Shown here piece after piece: positions 1 through 8,223 of a stretch of DNA of 64,000 nt. The notes below the pieces were generated by a model that was not told the DNA's origin, did not search any database, and was given only the letters and a program-made list of their open reading frames with translations. Origin of the DNA: an uncultured Nitrosopumilales archaeon. Lineage in GTDB: Archaea > Thermoproteota > Nitrososphaeria > Nitrososphaerales > UBA213. The position numbers and the translations under genes were made by a program. Where the stretch lies: NCBI GenBank assembly GCA_964373125.1, contig CAYJSN010000003.1, positions 10,480-74,479 on the forward strand, in the 5' to 3' direction. Each line of letters starts with the position of its first letter. Positions within the stretch are counted from its first letter, which is position 1.

Positions 1-1
1 G

Positions 2-298
2 GAGGAGATCATACGTAACACGAAGAAGGGGCTCCTTGTTGGCAGGCTCTGGTACACGTATGCCGTCAACCCGGAGAGGGGCGACTTTTCCTGCACGGCC
101 AGGAGCGGCATATTCGAGGTGAGCAACGGCGAGATCGTGGGTGCGCGCAGGATGGTCAGGATAATCGACAACCTGAAGAGGCTGCTGATGAGCGTATCCG
201 CGATAGGGAAGGAGCAAAAACATGTCCTGCAGTGGCACGCCACCCCTGTGCTGGCGCCGCCGCTCAGGGTCGACAACATCAGGATAATCCCGGTCTGA
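2..298 (+). CDS. TldD/PmbA-family protein, C-terminal fragment (5' end outside window)
   Basis: Open frame from the window edge to TGA 296-298. Hand translation ...KKGLLVGRLWYTYAVNPERGDFSCTARSGIFEVSNGEIVGARRMVRIIDNL... resembles the conserved C-terminus of TldD/PmbA proteins. Absent from the ORF track because it has no start codon in the window. Confidence 0.55.
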   Translation, partial: EEIIRNTKKGLLVGRLWYTYAVNPERGDFSCTARSGIFEVSNGEIVGARRMVRIIDNLKRLLMSVSAIGKEQKHVLQWHATPVLAPPLRVDNIRIIPV

Positions 299-322
299 CT
301 CTGCAGATCGTGCCCAGAATCG

Positions 323-328
323 TTTATA
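323..328 (+). promoter_or_regulatory. TATA-like box upstream of purM
   Basis: TTTATA centred about 28 nt upstream of the TTG start at 354. This spacing is typical of archaeal leaderless transcripts. Confidence 0.35.
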
Positions 329-353
329 GACCCACCAGGATTATCGAGCACCG

Positions 354-1382
354 TTGAGGATCAGATACAAGGATGCGGGCGTCGACCTCGCAAAGATGAG
401 GAGAGCACACGAGACGATCGAGGGCCTGATCTCTGCGACGCACAGGTTTAACCGCTCGATAATATCGGGGTACGGCCACTACGCGGGCCTCATCGAGATG
501 GATGGCGATGTCTTGGCGATACACACCGACGGGGTCGGCACAAAAGTCTTGGTGGCCCAGATGGCGGGCCGCTTCGACACCGTGGGGATAGACTGCGTGG
601 CGATGAACGTCAACGACATAATCTGCGTCGGCGCTAAACCTACCGCGTTTGTTGACTATATCGCCGTGCGGAAGGCCAACGAGCGGCTCGTGCGCCAGAT
701 CACCAAGGGCCTTGTGAAGGGCGCAAAGGAGGCCGGCGTCGCTATCGTGGGCGGGGAGACCGCGGTCATGCCCGACGTGATAAGCGGCTATAACGATGAA
801 ACGGCCTTCGACCTTGCCGGCACTGTGATCGGCATCGCCAAGAAGAAGGAGTTGATTATGGGCGATAAGATTGCTGCCGGCGATGTGATCGTCGGCGTGG
901 AGAGCAATGGATTGCACTCCAACGGCTACAGCCTGGCAAGGAAGGTCCTCCTCCGCCGGTACAGGATTGATGAGCGGGTGAAGGAACTCGGTCATGAACT
1001 TGGAGCGGAGATGCTCAGGCCGACCAGGATCTATGTTAGACCTGTGCTGGAAGTGCTGAAAAATATCAAAGTCCACGGGCTGGCGCACATAACGGGCGGC
1101 GCCTTTACAAAGCTCACGCGCCTCAACAAAAAATTCGGCTTCGAGTTTGAGAGCATGCCGGAGCCGCCGGCGGTCTTCAGGCTGATACAACGACATGCCG
1201 GGATCAGTGAGAAAGAGATGTACCGCACCTTCAACATGGGCGTCGGCTTCTGTCTCATAGTCCCGAGAGGGGCGGAGGATAAAGTGATGCGAGTATTCCG
1301 GCGGCATAAGATGAGAAGTTCTGTGGTGGGCCGGGTTGGCGCGAGAAGCGGAATTTATATAGGCAGGCTCCGACTTTGCTGA
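354..1382 (+). CDS. purM: Phosphoribosylformylglycinamidine cyclo-ligase (AIR synthetase)
   Basis: 342 aa. N-terminal YKDAGVD, HTDGVGTKV and GIDCVAMNVNDI motifs and overall PurM architecture. Confidence 0.9.
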   Translation: MRIRYKDAGVDLAKMRRAHETIEGLISATHRFNRSIISGYGHYAGLIEMDGDVLAIHTDGVGTKVLVAQMAGRFDTVGIDCVAMNVNDIICVGAKPTAFVDYIAVRKANERLVRQITKGLVKGAKEAGVAIVGGETAVMPDVISGYNDETAFDLAGTVIGIAKKKELIMGDKIAAGDVIVGVESNGLHSNGYSLARKVLLRRYRIDERVKELGHELGAEMLRPTRIYVRPVLEVLKNIKVHGLAHITGGAFTKLTRLNKKFGFEFESMPEPPAVFRLIQRHAGISEKEMYRTFNMGVGFCLIVPRGAEDKVMRVFRRHKMRSSVVGRVGARSGIYIGRLRLC

Positions 1383-1502
1383 TCTCATGTCAGCTTTCTT
1401 GTCCGTCTCAAGCACCTCCTTCACTGAGATGGAAAGTTTTGACCCAGTAATCCACTCATATACGCTCTCATGATGATATTAGTTTCTCACCAATCTCAGC
1501 GC

Positions 1503-1715
1503 ATGGCAGTAGCCTCAAACGCGCCGAATGCAGTATCGAAGAGCTTCACGACAGGTCAGACTTGGGGAGCCTTGCGAAAGGCTTGGAAGGGATACAAGAT
1601 CGCGAAGGTACAAGGCGACCGCAGCAAGATGACGGAGTACGCACAGAAGATACGAAAGCTAGAAGGCGAGCTGGGAGTGCCAAAAGCATCCTTCCCAGAG
1701 CTCTCCCTAAACTAG
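1503..1715 (+). CDS. Small hypothetical protein (about 70 aa)
   Basis: ORF 1470-1715; the internal ATG at 1503 (MAVASNAPN...) fits better with the upstream TATA-like CATATAC. Lys-rich helical sequence, followed by a T-rich tract. No recognisable family. Confidence 0.35.
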   Translation: MAVASNAPNAVSKSFTTGQTWGALRKAWKGYKIAKVQGDRSKMTEYAQKIRKLEGELGVPKASFPELSLN

Positions 1716-1724
1716 CTCTCTCCT

Positions 1725-1740
1725 TATTTTTGTTTTATTT
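1725..1740 (+). terminator. Oligo-T tract (archaeal-type terminator candidate)
   Basis: TATTTTTGTTTTATTT lies immediately after the stop at 1715. Confidence 0.3.
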
Positions 1741-1862
1741 AATATGATCTGCTACACCGTTGTAGCGAATCCCGCCAGGCCCGCTCACATTTTAGTATGG
1801 AAATTTGGGCAGAACCACACTAGGGCACAGCCTAGGCTGTCAGCGTCCCTAATCAGGGACAG

Positions 1863-2174
1863 TTACACTATCTTTTGCCCGAGCTCAGCAACGAGGTCCT
1901 TGATCGTCTCCTCGACCTTCTTCTCATCCTCTTTGGCCAGCCTAGAGAGCAGCTCCGCTAAACTCTCCCCCTCACCGACAGGAGCAAACTCCACACCTCT
2001 AGCCTTCAACAGCTTCACAAAGGCAGCGGTCATCTTGCTCATCGCATCATAAAGCCGCGATCTCTGCCGAGGAGTTGCAGCCCTCACCATATCTTTATGC
2101 AATTCCTTCAATCGCTCATAGGAGAGCATTATCAGTTCATCAAGCTGCTCAGGCTTCAGCTGTGAATCCTGCAC
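1863..2174 (-). CDS. Hypothetical protein (103 aa, helical)
   Basis: Intact ORF in an otherwise empty interval, with normal charged/helical composition. The overlapping + strand ORF 1744-2052 is Ser/Leu-rich and looks like a shadow. Confidence 0.4.
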   Translation of the reverse strand: MQDSQLKPEQLDELIMLSYERLKELHKDMVRAATPRQRSRLYDAMSKMTAAFVKLLKARGVEFAPVGEGESLAELLSRLAKEDEKKVEETIKDLVAELGQKIV

Positions 2175-2232
2175 GCTATTTGAAGGCCCCCTATACTGTT
2201 TTCACGCACGCGCGTTATAACGCGGGCGAGGT

Positions 2233-2241
2233 TTTAATATA
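2233..2241 (+). promoter_or_regulatory. TATA box for elp3-lysK
   Basis: TTTAATATA centred about 25 nt upstream of the GTG start at 2262 (leaderless geometry). Confidence 0.4.
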
Positions 2242-2261
2242 GAACTCCCTTAACAAGTCAG

Positions 2262-3854
2262 GTGCAAGGAAGCGAGGTATATCATGCAGCCTGCAGCGAG
2301 ATCGCAAACATAATCAGCAGCATAGATCAGCCCGAGATCAAAACCATAAAGCATGTGATAAAGCAGGTCTCCGCAAAATATGAATTATCTACACTGCCGA
2401 GAAACTCCGACCTCATCAGCAACCTGCCGAAGGAATCCTATGAACGGCTGAGAAGGATGCTGATGGTAAAGCCCACCAAGACCGCGTCGGGAGTTGCGGT
2501 CGTTGCGGTGATGCCGGAACCGTATGCATGCCCGCACGGCAGGTGTATCTACTGTCCCGGCGGCGTCGAGGTTGGAACGCCGAACAGTTACACCGGCAAG
2601 GAACCGTCAACGATCAACGCCATCCAATACAACTATGACCCATATGAGCAGATATCTTCAAAGCTCCAGCGCCTGATGGATAATGGACATGAGCTCTCCA
2701 AGGTCGAGATCGTCGTGGTGGGCGGGACCTTCCTCTTCATGCCGAAAGATTACCAACTAAAATTTATCAAATCATGCTACGACGCGCTCAACGGCTTCAG
2801 GGCAAGAAGCCTAGAGGAAGCAAAGACCCTCAACGAGACTGCAAGGGTGAGAAACGTCGGCCTCACCATCGAGACGAAGCCAGACTACTGCAGGCGAGAG
2901 CATATTGATATGATGCTTGCGTACGGTGCCACCAGGGTCGAGATCGGCGTGCAGGCGCTGAGGGACGATGTCTACAGGATAACCAACAGGGGCCACACGC
3001 TGGATGATGTTATAGAAGCATTCCAGACAGCAAGAGATGCAGGATACAAGATCGTGGCGCACATGATGCCCGGGCTGCCCGGCTCGACGCCAGAACAAGA
3101 TCTCGAGGATTTCAGGCGCCTCTTCCAGGACGAGCGGTTCAGGCCGGACATGCTGAAGATCTACCCGACGCTGGTCATCGCCGGAACCGGGCTCTTCGAG
3201 ATGCACAAAGATGGCCGCTACAAAGCATACAACGACGACGATATGATAGAACTGATCGTGCAGGTGAAGAAGACGATCCCGAGGTGGGTCAGGATAATGC
3301 GCGTGCAGCGCGAGATAGCATCGGCAGAGATCATCGCAGGCCCCAGGAGCGGAAACCTGCGGCAGATCGTGCTGAAGCGGCTCGAGGCAGAGGGCCAGAG
3401 ATGTAGGTGCATCAGGTGCAGGGAAGCAGGTCTTGCACACCTCAGGCATGGCCTGAGCTTCGGCGGCGCTGAGCTGCTCAGGGAAGATTACGCCGCATCC
3501 GGTGGCAGTGAAGTATTCCTCTCCTACGAAGACCCCGCCAGCGACGTGCTCTTCGGTTTCCTCAGGATGCGAAAGCCGAGCGAAATAGCTCACAGGCCGG
3601 AAGTTGATCAGGATACTTGCATTGTAAGAGAACTGCACGTTTACGGTCAGGCGCTGCAGCTGGGAAGCAGGAACGATAAGAGCTGGCAGCACAGGGGCTT
3701 CGGCACCCTCCTGATGCAGGAGGCGGAGCGGATCGCGAGTGAAGAATTTGATGCCAGGAAATTGTTGGTGATAAGCGCCGTCGGCACGAGAGCATATTAT
3801 AGAAAACTCGGCTACGGGCCCGAAGGCCCGTATATGAGCAAGTATCTGGGGTGA
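2262..3854 (+). CDS. elp3: Elongator protein 3 homologue (radical SAM + GNAT; tRNA U34 carboxymethylation)
   Basis: 530 aa. Radical-SAM cluster CPHGRCIYCPGG, a central TIM-like region, and a C-terminal acetyltransferase-like HRGFGTLLMQEAE...YYRKLGY. Confidence 0.9.
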   Translation: MQGSEVYHAACSEIANIISSIDQPEIKTIKHVIKQVSAKYELSTLPRNSDLISNLPKESYERLRRMLMVKPTKTASGVAVVAVMPEPYACPHGRCIYCPGGVEVGTPNSYTGKEPSTINAIQYNYDPYEQISSKLQRLMDNGHELSKVEIVVVGGTFLFMPKDYQLKFIKSCYDALNGFRARSLEEAKTLNETARVRNVGLTIETKPDYCRREHIDMMLAYGATRVEIGVQALRDDVYRITNRGHTLDDVIEAFQTARDAGYKIVAHMMPGLPGSTPEQDLEDFRRLFQDERFRPDMLKIYPTLVIAGTGLFEMHKDGRYKAYNDDDMIELIVQVKKTIPRWVRIMRVQREIASAEIIAGPRSGNLRQIVLKRLEAEGQRCRCIRCREAGLAHLRHGLSFGGAELLREDYAASGGSEVFLSYEDPASDVLFGFLRMRKPSEIAHRPEVDQDTCIVRELHVYGQALQLGSRNDKSWQHRGFGTLLMQEAERIASEEFDARKLLVISAVGTRAYYRKLGYGPEGPYMSKYLG

Positions 3855-3861
3855 TCTTGGG

Positions 3862-5442
3862 ATGCAGATAATCGGAAGAGGCACCTGGCTCGACAAGGTT
3901 GCAGCAAAGCTTGTGGAGCGTGAGAAAAAACTCTCGCGCGACCTCTCGCTGCTCAGGGTCGAGAGCGGGCTCGGCGCATCAGGCATACCGCACATCGGCA
4001 GCCTCGGCGACGCAGTGAGGGCCTACGGCATAAAGCTCGCGCTGGAAAACATGGGACACAGATCAGAGCTCGTCGCGTACTCGGACGACATGGACGGGCT
4101 CAGGAAGGTCCCGGAGGGCCTGCCGGATTGGCTGAAGGAGCACATCGCCAAGCCGGTATCCACCATTCCCGACCCGTTCGACTGCCACCAGTCCTACGGC
4201 GCCCACATGAGCGGCCTGCTGCTGGATGCCCTCGACCGGATTGGTATTAAGTACAGGTTCCAGAGCGGCGCCGATGCCTACAGGAGCGGCCTGCTGGCGA
4301 AGCAGATCGACACGCTGCTCAGCAACGCGCAGAAGATAGGTTACAAGATCGAGGAGATGGTGGGGCAGGAGAAGTTCACAGCCGCACTTCCGTACTTCCC
4401 GGTCTGCGAGAGCTGCAAGCGCATCTACGTTGCGGAGGCCTATGAGTACCGGAGCGCGGAGAAGAAGATACTCTACAGGTGCAAGGGTACAAGGATCGGG
4501 AAGGAGATGATCGAGGGCTGCGGCCACGAGGGCGCGGCCGACATACGCACCAATTCCGGTAAATTGAGCTGGAAGGTGGAGTTCGCGGCAAGGTGGCAAG
4601 CCTTCGACATCAGGTTCGAGGCCTACGGCAAGGACATAGCTGACTCGGTCAAGGTTAATGACTGGGTCGCTGACGAGATCCTGGGCTACCCGCACCCGCT
4701 GCATGTGAGGTACGAGATGTTCCTAGACAAGGCGGGCAGGAAGATATCCAAGTCGCTCGGCAACGTCCTCACGCCGCAGGCCTGGCTCAGGTATGGTACA
4801 CCGCAATCGATAATGCTGTTGCTCTTCAAGCGCATAGTGGGAACCAGGCACATCGGGCTGGACGACGTCCCCAAGCTGGTCGATGAATATGACTACTTGG
4901 AGGACGTTTACTTTGACAAGGTGAAGATAGACAACGAGATGAAGCGCGCAAAGCTCTCCGGCATCTACGGATACATCAACCACCTGAAGCCACCGGCAGC
5001 CCCGTCGCAGCACGTCCCGTACATGCTGCTGGTCCAGCTCGCATCCGTGGCAAGGGATGAAGGTAGAACTGATTACGTTGTGAACCGGCTGAAGAGCTAT
5101 GGGTTGATCAAGGAGAAGAGCGACGACCTTGTTAGCAGGATACAGCTTGCTGGCAACTGGGCCGACGACTTTGGCGGCTTCGAGAAGGCCGAGGTCACAG
5201 TCGGCGATGCGGAGCGCAGGGCGCTGGTCGAGCTCATCGACCTGATAAGGAGGGAGGGCGATCCCAAGATACTGCAGACGAACATATTCGAGATCGCGCG
5301 CAGGAACGGCCTGGAGCCGAAGGACTTCTTCAGGCTGCTCTACAATATTCTGGTGGGTGCCGACAAGGGACCGCGCCTGGGCCCGTACATAGTGGATGTC
5401 GGCAGGGATAAGATCGCAGAGGTCTTGGGCAAGCACGTTTGA
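3862..5442 (+). CDS. lysK: Lysyl-tRNA synthetase, class I
   Basis: 526 aa. HIGH-like GIPHIGSLGD, KMSKS-like RKISKSLGN and a Cys cluster CESCKR...C...C typical of archaeal class I LysRS. Sits 8 nt after elp3. Confidence 0.9.
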   Translation: MQIIGRGTWLDKVAAKLVEREKKLSRDLSLLRVESGLGASGIPHIGSLGDAVRAYGIKLALENMGHRSELVAYSDDMDGLRKVPEGLPDWLKEHIAKPVSTIPDPFDCHQSYGAHMSGLLLDALDRIGIKYRFQSGADAYRSGLLAKQIDTLLSNAQKIGYKIEEMVGQEKFTAALPYFPVCESCKRIYVAEAYEYRSAEKKILYRCKGTRIGKEMIEGCGHEGAADIRTNSGKLSWKVEFAARWQAFDIRFEAYGKDIADSVKVNDWVADEILGYPHPLHVRYEMFLDKAGRKISKSLGNVLTPQAWLRYGTPQSIMLLLFKRIVGTRHIGLDDVPKLVDEYDYLEDVYFDKVKIDNEMKRAKLSGIYGYINHLKPPAAPSQHVPYMLLVQLASVARDEGRTDYVVNRLKSYGLIKEKSDDLVSRIQLAGNWADDFGGFEKAEVTVGDAERRALVELIDLIRREGDPKILQTNIFEIARRNGLEPKDFFRLLYNILVGADKGPRLGPYIVDVGRDKIAEVLGKHV

Positions 5443-5482
5443 TCGGCTCAATCTTTTAATCTCCCGGAGATGAAGCTCGCGT

Positions 5483-6280
5483 GTGATCCGCTTCAGGTAC
5501 ATGCATCTCTACGCCGAGCCGTCCTCGTCCACGCTAGATATCGATGCCATCAGCGATTACATCACCAGCATGGTAAAGTGCGAGGTGGACGTCAGGAAGG
5601 AGTTCTTCACGCACTTCCTGCCACGTGATAAGGCCGACCATGCTGCGAGAGAGATGGCGGCCGCTAGGGTCTTCAATACGCGCATGCCGTATGCGAGGCA
5701 CGAGCCCTCCGCCGAGGATGCGGAGCTGGAGAAGACGATCCTCTCGGACCCGGGCAGGAGATACTTGGAGCACATCTACGACGGCTTCGAGGCCCAGAAG
5801 ATCCTGGAAGCGCTGATCCCCGCAGAAGAAAATAGCCTCGACCACGTGCACATCGCATTCACCAACAGGCTGCTCTGCACCTACAGCTGGGACGACCTCA
5901 GATACCACTACCGGACGATAATATGCGGCTATCCCTCGATCATCTGCACGAGCGGCATAGTTGAAGCACCGGCAAAGCCGAGGGAGTTCTACCTGCTCTA
6001 CAACTACTATGCATCGATGGGCATGGCCAGCGTGGAGGAGCTGAAGAAGAAGTTCGAGGGCCGGTTCATAGACTACGACGACCCGAGGCTGACCGAGGTC
6101 GTGAAGGGCTTCGTGCTGCAGGCCGTATTCTATTATCTTGTGGGCGATCCTTTTTGCGAGAAGAAGGATTGTAGATTGCTTAATGCCCACTGGCAGGAAG
6201 ATATGATAGAATCGCAGCTGAAGCATGGAAGATTGTGTGACGAGCATCTGAATACGATAAGAAAGCTTGGCAGGCAGTAA
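5483..6280 (+). CDS. Conserved-looking hypothetical protein with a C-terminal Cys/His cluster
   Basis: 265 aa with good coding composition. C-terminal GDPFCEKKDCRLLNAHWQ...HGRLCDEH suggests metal binding. Start could be GTG 5483 or ATG 5501. Family not recognised. Confidence 0.5.
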   Translation: MIRFRYMHLYAEPSSSTLDIDAISDYITSMVKCEVDVRKEFFTHFLPRDKADHAAREMAAARVFNTRMPYARHEPSAEDAELEKTILSDPGRRYLEHIYDGFEAQKILEALIPAEENSLDHVHIAFTNRLLCTYSWDDLRYHYRTIICGYPSIICTSGIVEAPAKPREFYLLYNYYASMGMASVEELKKKFEGRFIDYDDPRLTEVVKGFVLQAVFYYLVGDPFCEKKDCRLLNAHWQEDMIESQLKHGRLCDEHLNTIRKLGRQ

Positions 6281-6413
6281 CGCCCGCGCTTGCGGATGAT
6301 ATAGGGGGTATTCAAATACTCTGCAGGATAAATTCATACTTATGAGAGCTGGGTATTGGAGGAATTGTATGGACCGCCCTTTGGTTGAACAGACTGTGAT
6401 GCGATGATGCGGG

Positions 6414-6605
6414 CTACTGCTCCTCGATTGTCTTTAGGTCGCGGTTCAGGAGCTCGATCATCTTCGGGATCTCCTTCGGCGCGCACTGCAGGCAGTACTT
6501 CTGGAACGAGCTGGGCAGCGTGAAGTACCTCTGATTATACTCGATATTCTTCCTGCACGACGTGCATATGGTCTGCTTGTGCGGGTTGGTGTTCTTTACG
6601 ATCAA
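6414..6605 (-). CDS. Small zinc-ribbon-like protein (63 aa)
   Basis: CTSC...(28 aa)...CLQC arrangement; isolated ORF. Confidence 0.45.
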   Translation of the reverse strand: MIVKNTNPHKQTICTSCRKNIEYNQRYFTLPSSFQKYCLQCAPKEIPKMIELLNRDLKTIEEQ

Positions 6606-6651
6606 CGCAGAGAGATGTTTGAAGCTTCGATAAATACCTCACCCAGCTAAG

Positions 6652-6658
6652 TTAATAT
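6652..6658 (+). promoter_or_regulatory. TATA box for tRNA-Arg
   Basis: TTAATAT centred 27 nt upstream of tRNA position 1 (6682). Confidence 0.4.
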
Positions 6659-6681
6659 CTTGCACGGCTGAGCTTTGAACC

Positions 6682-6798
6682 GGGCCCGTGGCCTAGTCAG
6701 TTGTGCGTCTTCGTAATTAATCGGGGGGCATGACCTAGCGAGGATATGGCGGGAGCTTGCGGAGCTCCAGGACGAGGGATCGAAGCCCTCCGGGCCCG
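6682..6798 (+). tRNA. tRNA-Arg (anticodon GCG) with a 42-nt intron in the D-loop
   Basis: Acceptor GGGCCCG/CGGGCCC with discriminator G. Anticodon arm GGAGC-TTGCGGA-GCTCC (U33, GCG, G37). T arm GAGGG-ATCGAAG-CCCTC. D arm GCCT...TGGC is interrupted. Removing 6699-6740 gives a 75-nt cloverleaf. No encoded CCA. Confidence 0.8.
6699..6740 (+). other. Non-canonical (D-loop) tRNA intron, relaxed BHB (HBh') fold
   Basis: Central helix CTAG 6693-96 / CTAG 6735-38. 5' bulge TCA 6697-99, 3' bulge CGA 6739-41. 7-bp inner helix 6700-06 / 6728-34. Cutting after the second bulge nucleotide yields D-loop AGUCAGGAUA. Confidence 0.6.
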
Positions 6799-6800
6799 CT
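6779..6800 (+). repeat. Direct repeat copy 1 (3' end of tRNA-Arg; att-like)
   Basis: ATCGAAGCCCTCCGGGCCCGCT, identical to 7336-7357 and 8224-8245. Confidence 0.95.
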
Positions 6801-6859
6801 ATCTAACCAAACGTTCTTCGTGTAAATTTATATACAAACAGCAAGAGTCTTACCTAACT

Positions 6860-7066
6860 ATGACTTCGCAGCCAAGCGTCAAAGATATCATGAAGGAAAT
6901 CAGAGTGATTCGAGGTAAGATAGACAAGTTAGAAAACATTGTTGAAAAAAGACTGATTGGTGAAGGAAAACCCGATAAATATGAAAAGAAGGCCGTTGCT
7001 GAATTTGAGAAGAAAAGAAAGTCTGGCAAACTAAAATTTGTACCTTTGGCTGAGCTAGAGGAATAA
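6860..7066 (+). CDS. Putative antitoxin (aRelB-like coiled-coil protein, 68 aa)
   Basis: ATG 6860; the track ORF start at 6746 would overlap the tRNA. Small, charged and helical. Ends 4 nt before the RelE-family toxin gene. Confidence 0.5.
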   Translation: MTSQPSVKDIMKEIRVIRGKIDKLENIVEKRLIGEGKPDKYEKKAVAEFEKKRKSGKLKFVPLAELEE

Positions 7067-7070
7067 TCAT

Positions 7071-7325
7071 TTGGCATTCAAGGTTCTTATAGAAAAGAGA
7101 GCGGCAAAGCAACTAGACGGATTACCTGTTGATATTAGGAACAGAATTATCAACGCCTTGAAGGAACTTGAAAAGGGATTCTCTGCTAGGCTTGACATAA
7201 ATAAGCTCAAAGGAACCAAGAATCATTATAGAATTAGAGTTGGCGATTATAGAATTCTGTTTGTCTTGGAATCGGATACTACATATGTTTATGATGTTTC
7301 TCATAGAAAGAGCGTGTACAAGTAG
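7071..7325 (+). CDS. RelE/ParE-family type II toxin
   Basis: 84 aa. ...AKQLDGLP..IRNRIINALKEL...LKG..NHYRIRVGDYRILFVLE...YVYDVSHRKSVY is a typical RelE/StbE pattern. Confidence 0.8.
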   Translation: MAFKVLIEKRAAKQLDGLPVDIRNRIINALKELEKGFSARLDINKLKGTKNHYRIRVGDYRILFVLESDTTYVYDVSHRKSVYK

Positions 7326-7335
7326 AGAACGATTG

Positions 7336-7357
7336 ATCGAAGCCCTCCGGGCCCGCT
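7336..7357 (+). repeat. Direct repeat copy 2 (tRNA-Arg 3' end)
   Basis: Perfect 22-nt copy. Upstream ACGATTG versus tRNA ACGAGGG destroys the T-stem, so it is not a tRNA. Followed by the partial copy CACTCCAGCGATCGAA (7358-7373). Confidence 0.95.
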
Positions 7358-7453
7358 CACTCCAGCGATCGAAATGTTAGATGAAACCACAAACAGTGCA
7401 AAGATTCAATCCATGTCAAGAGCAAACAATATATCATGGCATTCTGCTATAAA

Positions 7454-7696
7454 ATGGTGATTAACTTGGAGATGGTGATTAAGGACATTGACGAACAGGG
7501 AAGAGTCATAATTCCAAAGGAATTAAGAAAGAAATACAAGATAAAGGAGAAGGTGATTATAAGATCAGGTGAGGGTAAAATTGAACTCATACCGCTTGAA
7601 GAAAAAGAACTTGCAAAGTTTTTTGATTTGGCTACTGCAGATATCAAGACCGATCTGTCAGATTGGCACAAGATAAGGAAAGAAGTACGGAAATGA
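7454..7696 (+). CDS. AbrB/SpoVT-family antitoxin (VapB-like)
   Basis: DEQGRVIIPKELRKKY swapped-hairpin motif. Start is ambiguous (ATG 7436, 7454 or 7472); 7454 fits a leaderless start about 26 nt after the TATA. Its stop overlaps the VapC start (ATGA). Confidence 0.75.
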   Translation: MVINLEMVIKDIDEQGRVIIPKELRKKYKIKEKVIIRSGEGKIELIPLEEKELAKFFDLATADIKTDLSDWHKIRKEVRK

Positions 7697-8112
7697 GATT
7701 TGTTGACGCAAGTGTTTTTGTTCATGCATTCATCAAGCCTAGGCGAAGACTGAAGCCTCATGAACAGCGAATAAAGAAGAATGCGAAGCATATAGTGAAG
7801 AGAATAGATTCTGGAGAAGAAATTGCTATCAGCACGGTGCATCTGTCAGAAGTTGCCAATATACTGGAGGATTTCATGCCATTCAGGAGCGCTTTAGAGA
7901 TTGTAACATCATTAATATCAAAACCAAGTATTACGCTTCTAAATGTTACTGGCAAGGATTGCATAAAAGCAGTGTTAATAGCACAAACAGATACGATCGG
8001 GTTTACTGACGCAATAGCATGTGTACTCATGTCTGAAAGCAAGACAAGAGAAATCTACTCCTTTGATAGAGACTTTGACAAAGTAAAGGACATTAAGCGT
8101 ATTAGTGAATAA
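7693..8112 (+). CDS. vapC: PIN-domain ribonuclease toxin VapC
   Basis: MRFVDASVF... with conserved acidic residues (D5, E in SEVANILE, D in FTDAIA, D in SFDRDFD). ATG 7693 overlaps the antitoxin stop. Confidence 0.85.
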   Translation: MRFVDASVFVHAFIKPRRRLKPHEQRIKKNAKHIVKRIDSGEEIAISTVHLSEVANILEDFMPFRSALEIVTSLISKPSITLLNVTGKDCIKAVLIAQTDTIGFTDAIACVLMSESKTREIYSFDRDFDKVKDIKRISE

Positions 8113-8223
8113 CCACGGATCCAATTAACATATTATCTTAGAATATATTAAAGGCAGATTTATGAGTAATTAAACATGCGAAAAAATAATATCTGTAAAA
8201 ACAGGGCGCCACACGCTCCAGCA

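Larger units (their letters stand above)
6801..7335 (+). mobile_element. AT-rich cassette 1 bracketed by tRNA 3'-end repeats (integrated-element remnant carrying aRelB/RelE)
   Basis: 535 bp between repeat copies 1 and 2. Has its own TATA box (AATTTATATA 6825-6834), and its composition is visibly AT-richer than the flanks. No integrase. Confidence 0.5.
7358..8223 (+). mobile_element. AT-rich cassette 2 bracketed by tRNA 3'-end repeats (remnant carrying AbrB-type antitoxin/VapC)
   Basis: 866 bp between repeat copies 2 and 3. Has its own TATA (AACAATATATC 7426-7435). The inner ends share CAC(GC)TCCAGC(G/A)ATCGAA (7358-7373 and 8211-8229). No integrase. Confidence 0.5.

Noticed and set aside
324-1424. 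366-aa ORF on the minus strand covering the whole of purM
   Set aside because: It is antisense to a gene with unmistakable PurM motifs. Its translation is Arg/Ala/His/Pro-rich with no recognisable domain, so it is a typical shadow ORF of GC-rich coding DNA.
1466-1476. ATGATGA (C-box-like) upstream of the small ORF at 1503, considered as a C/D box sRNA
   Set aside because: There is no CTGA D box or C'/D' pair at the appropriate 50-70-nt spacing, and no terminal stem. It is most likely just the alternative ATG ATG start codons of ORF 1470.
6746-6859. N-terminal 38 codons of track ORF 6746-7066 (MAGACGAPGRGIEALRARYL...)
   Set aside because: This part overlaps the 3' half of tRNA-Arg and the att repeat. 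A TATA box at 6825-6834 and ATG 6860 give a sensible 68-aa antitoxin-sized product.
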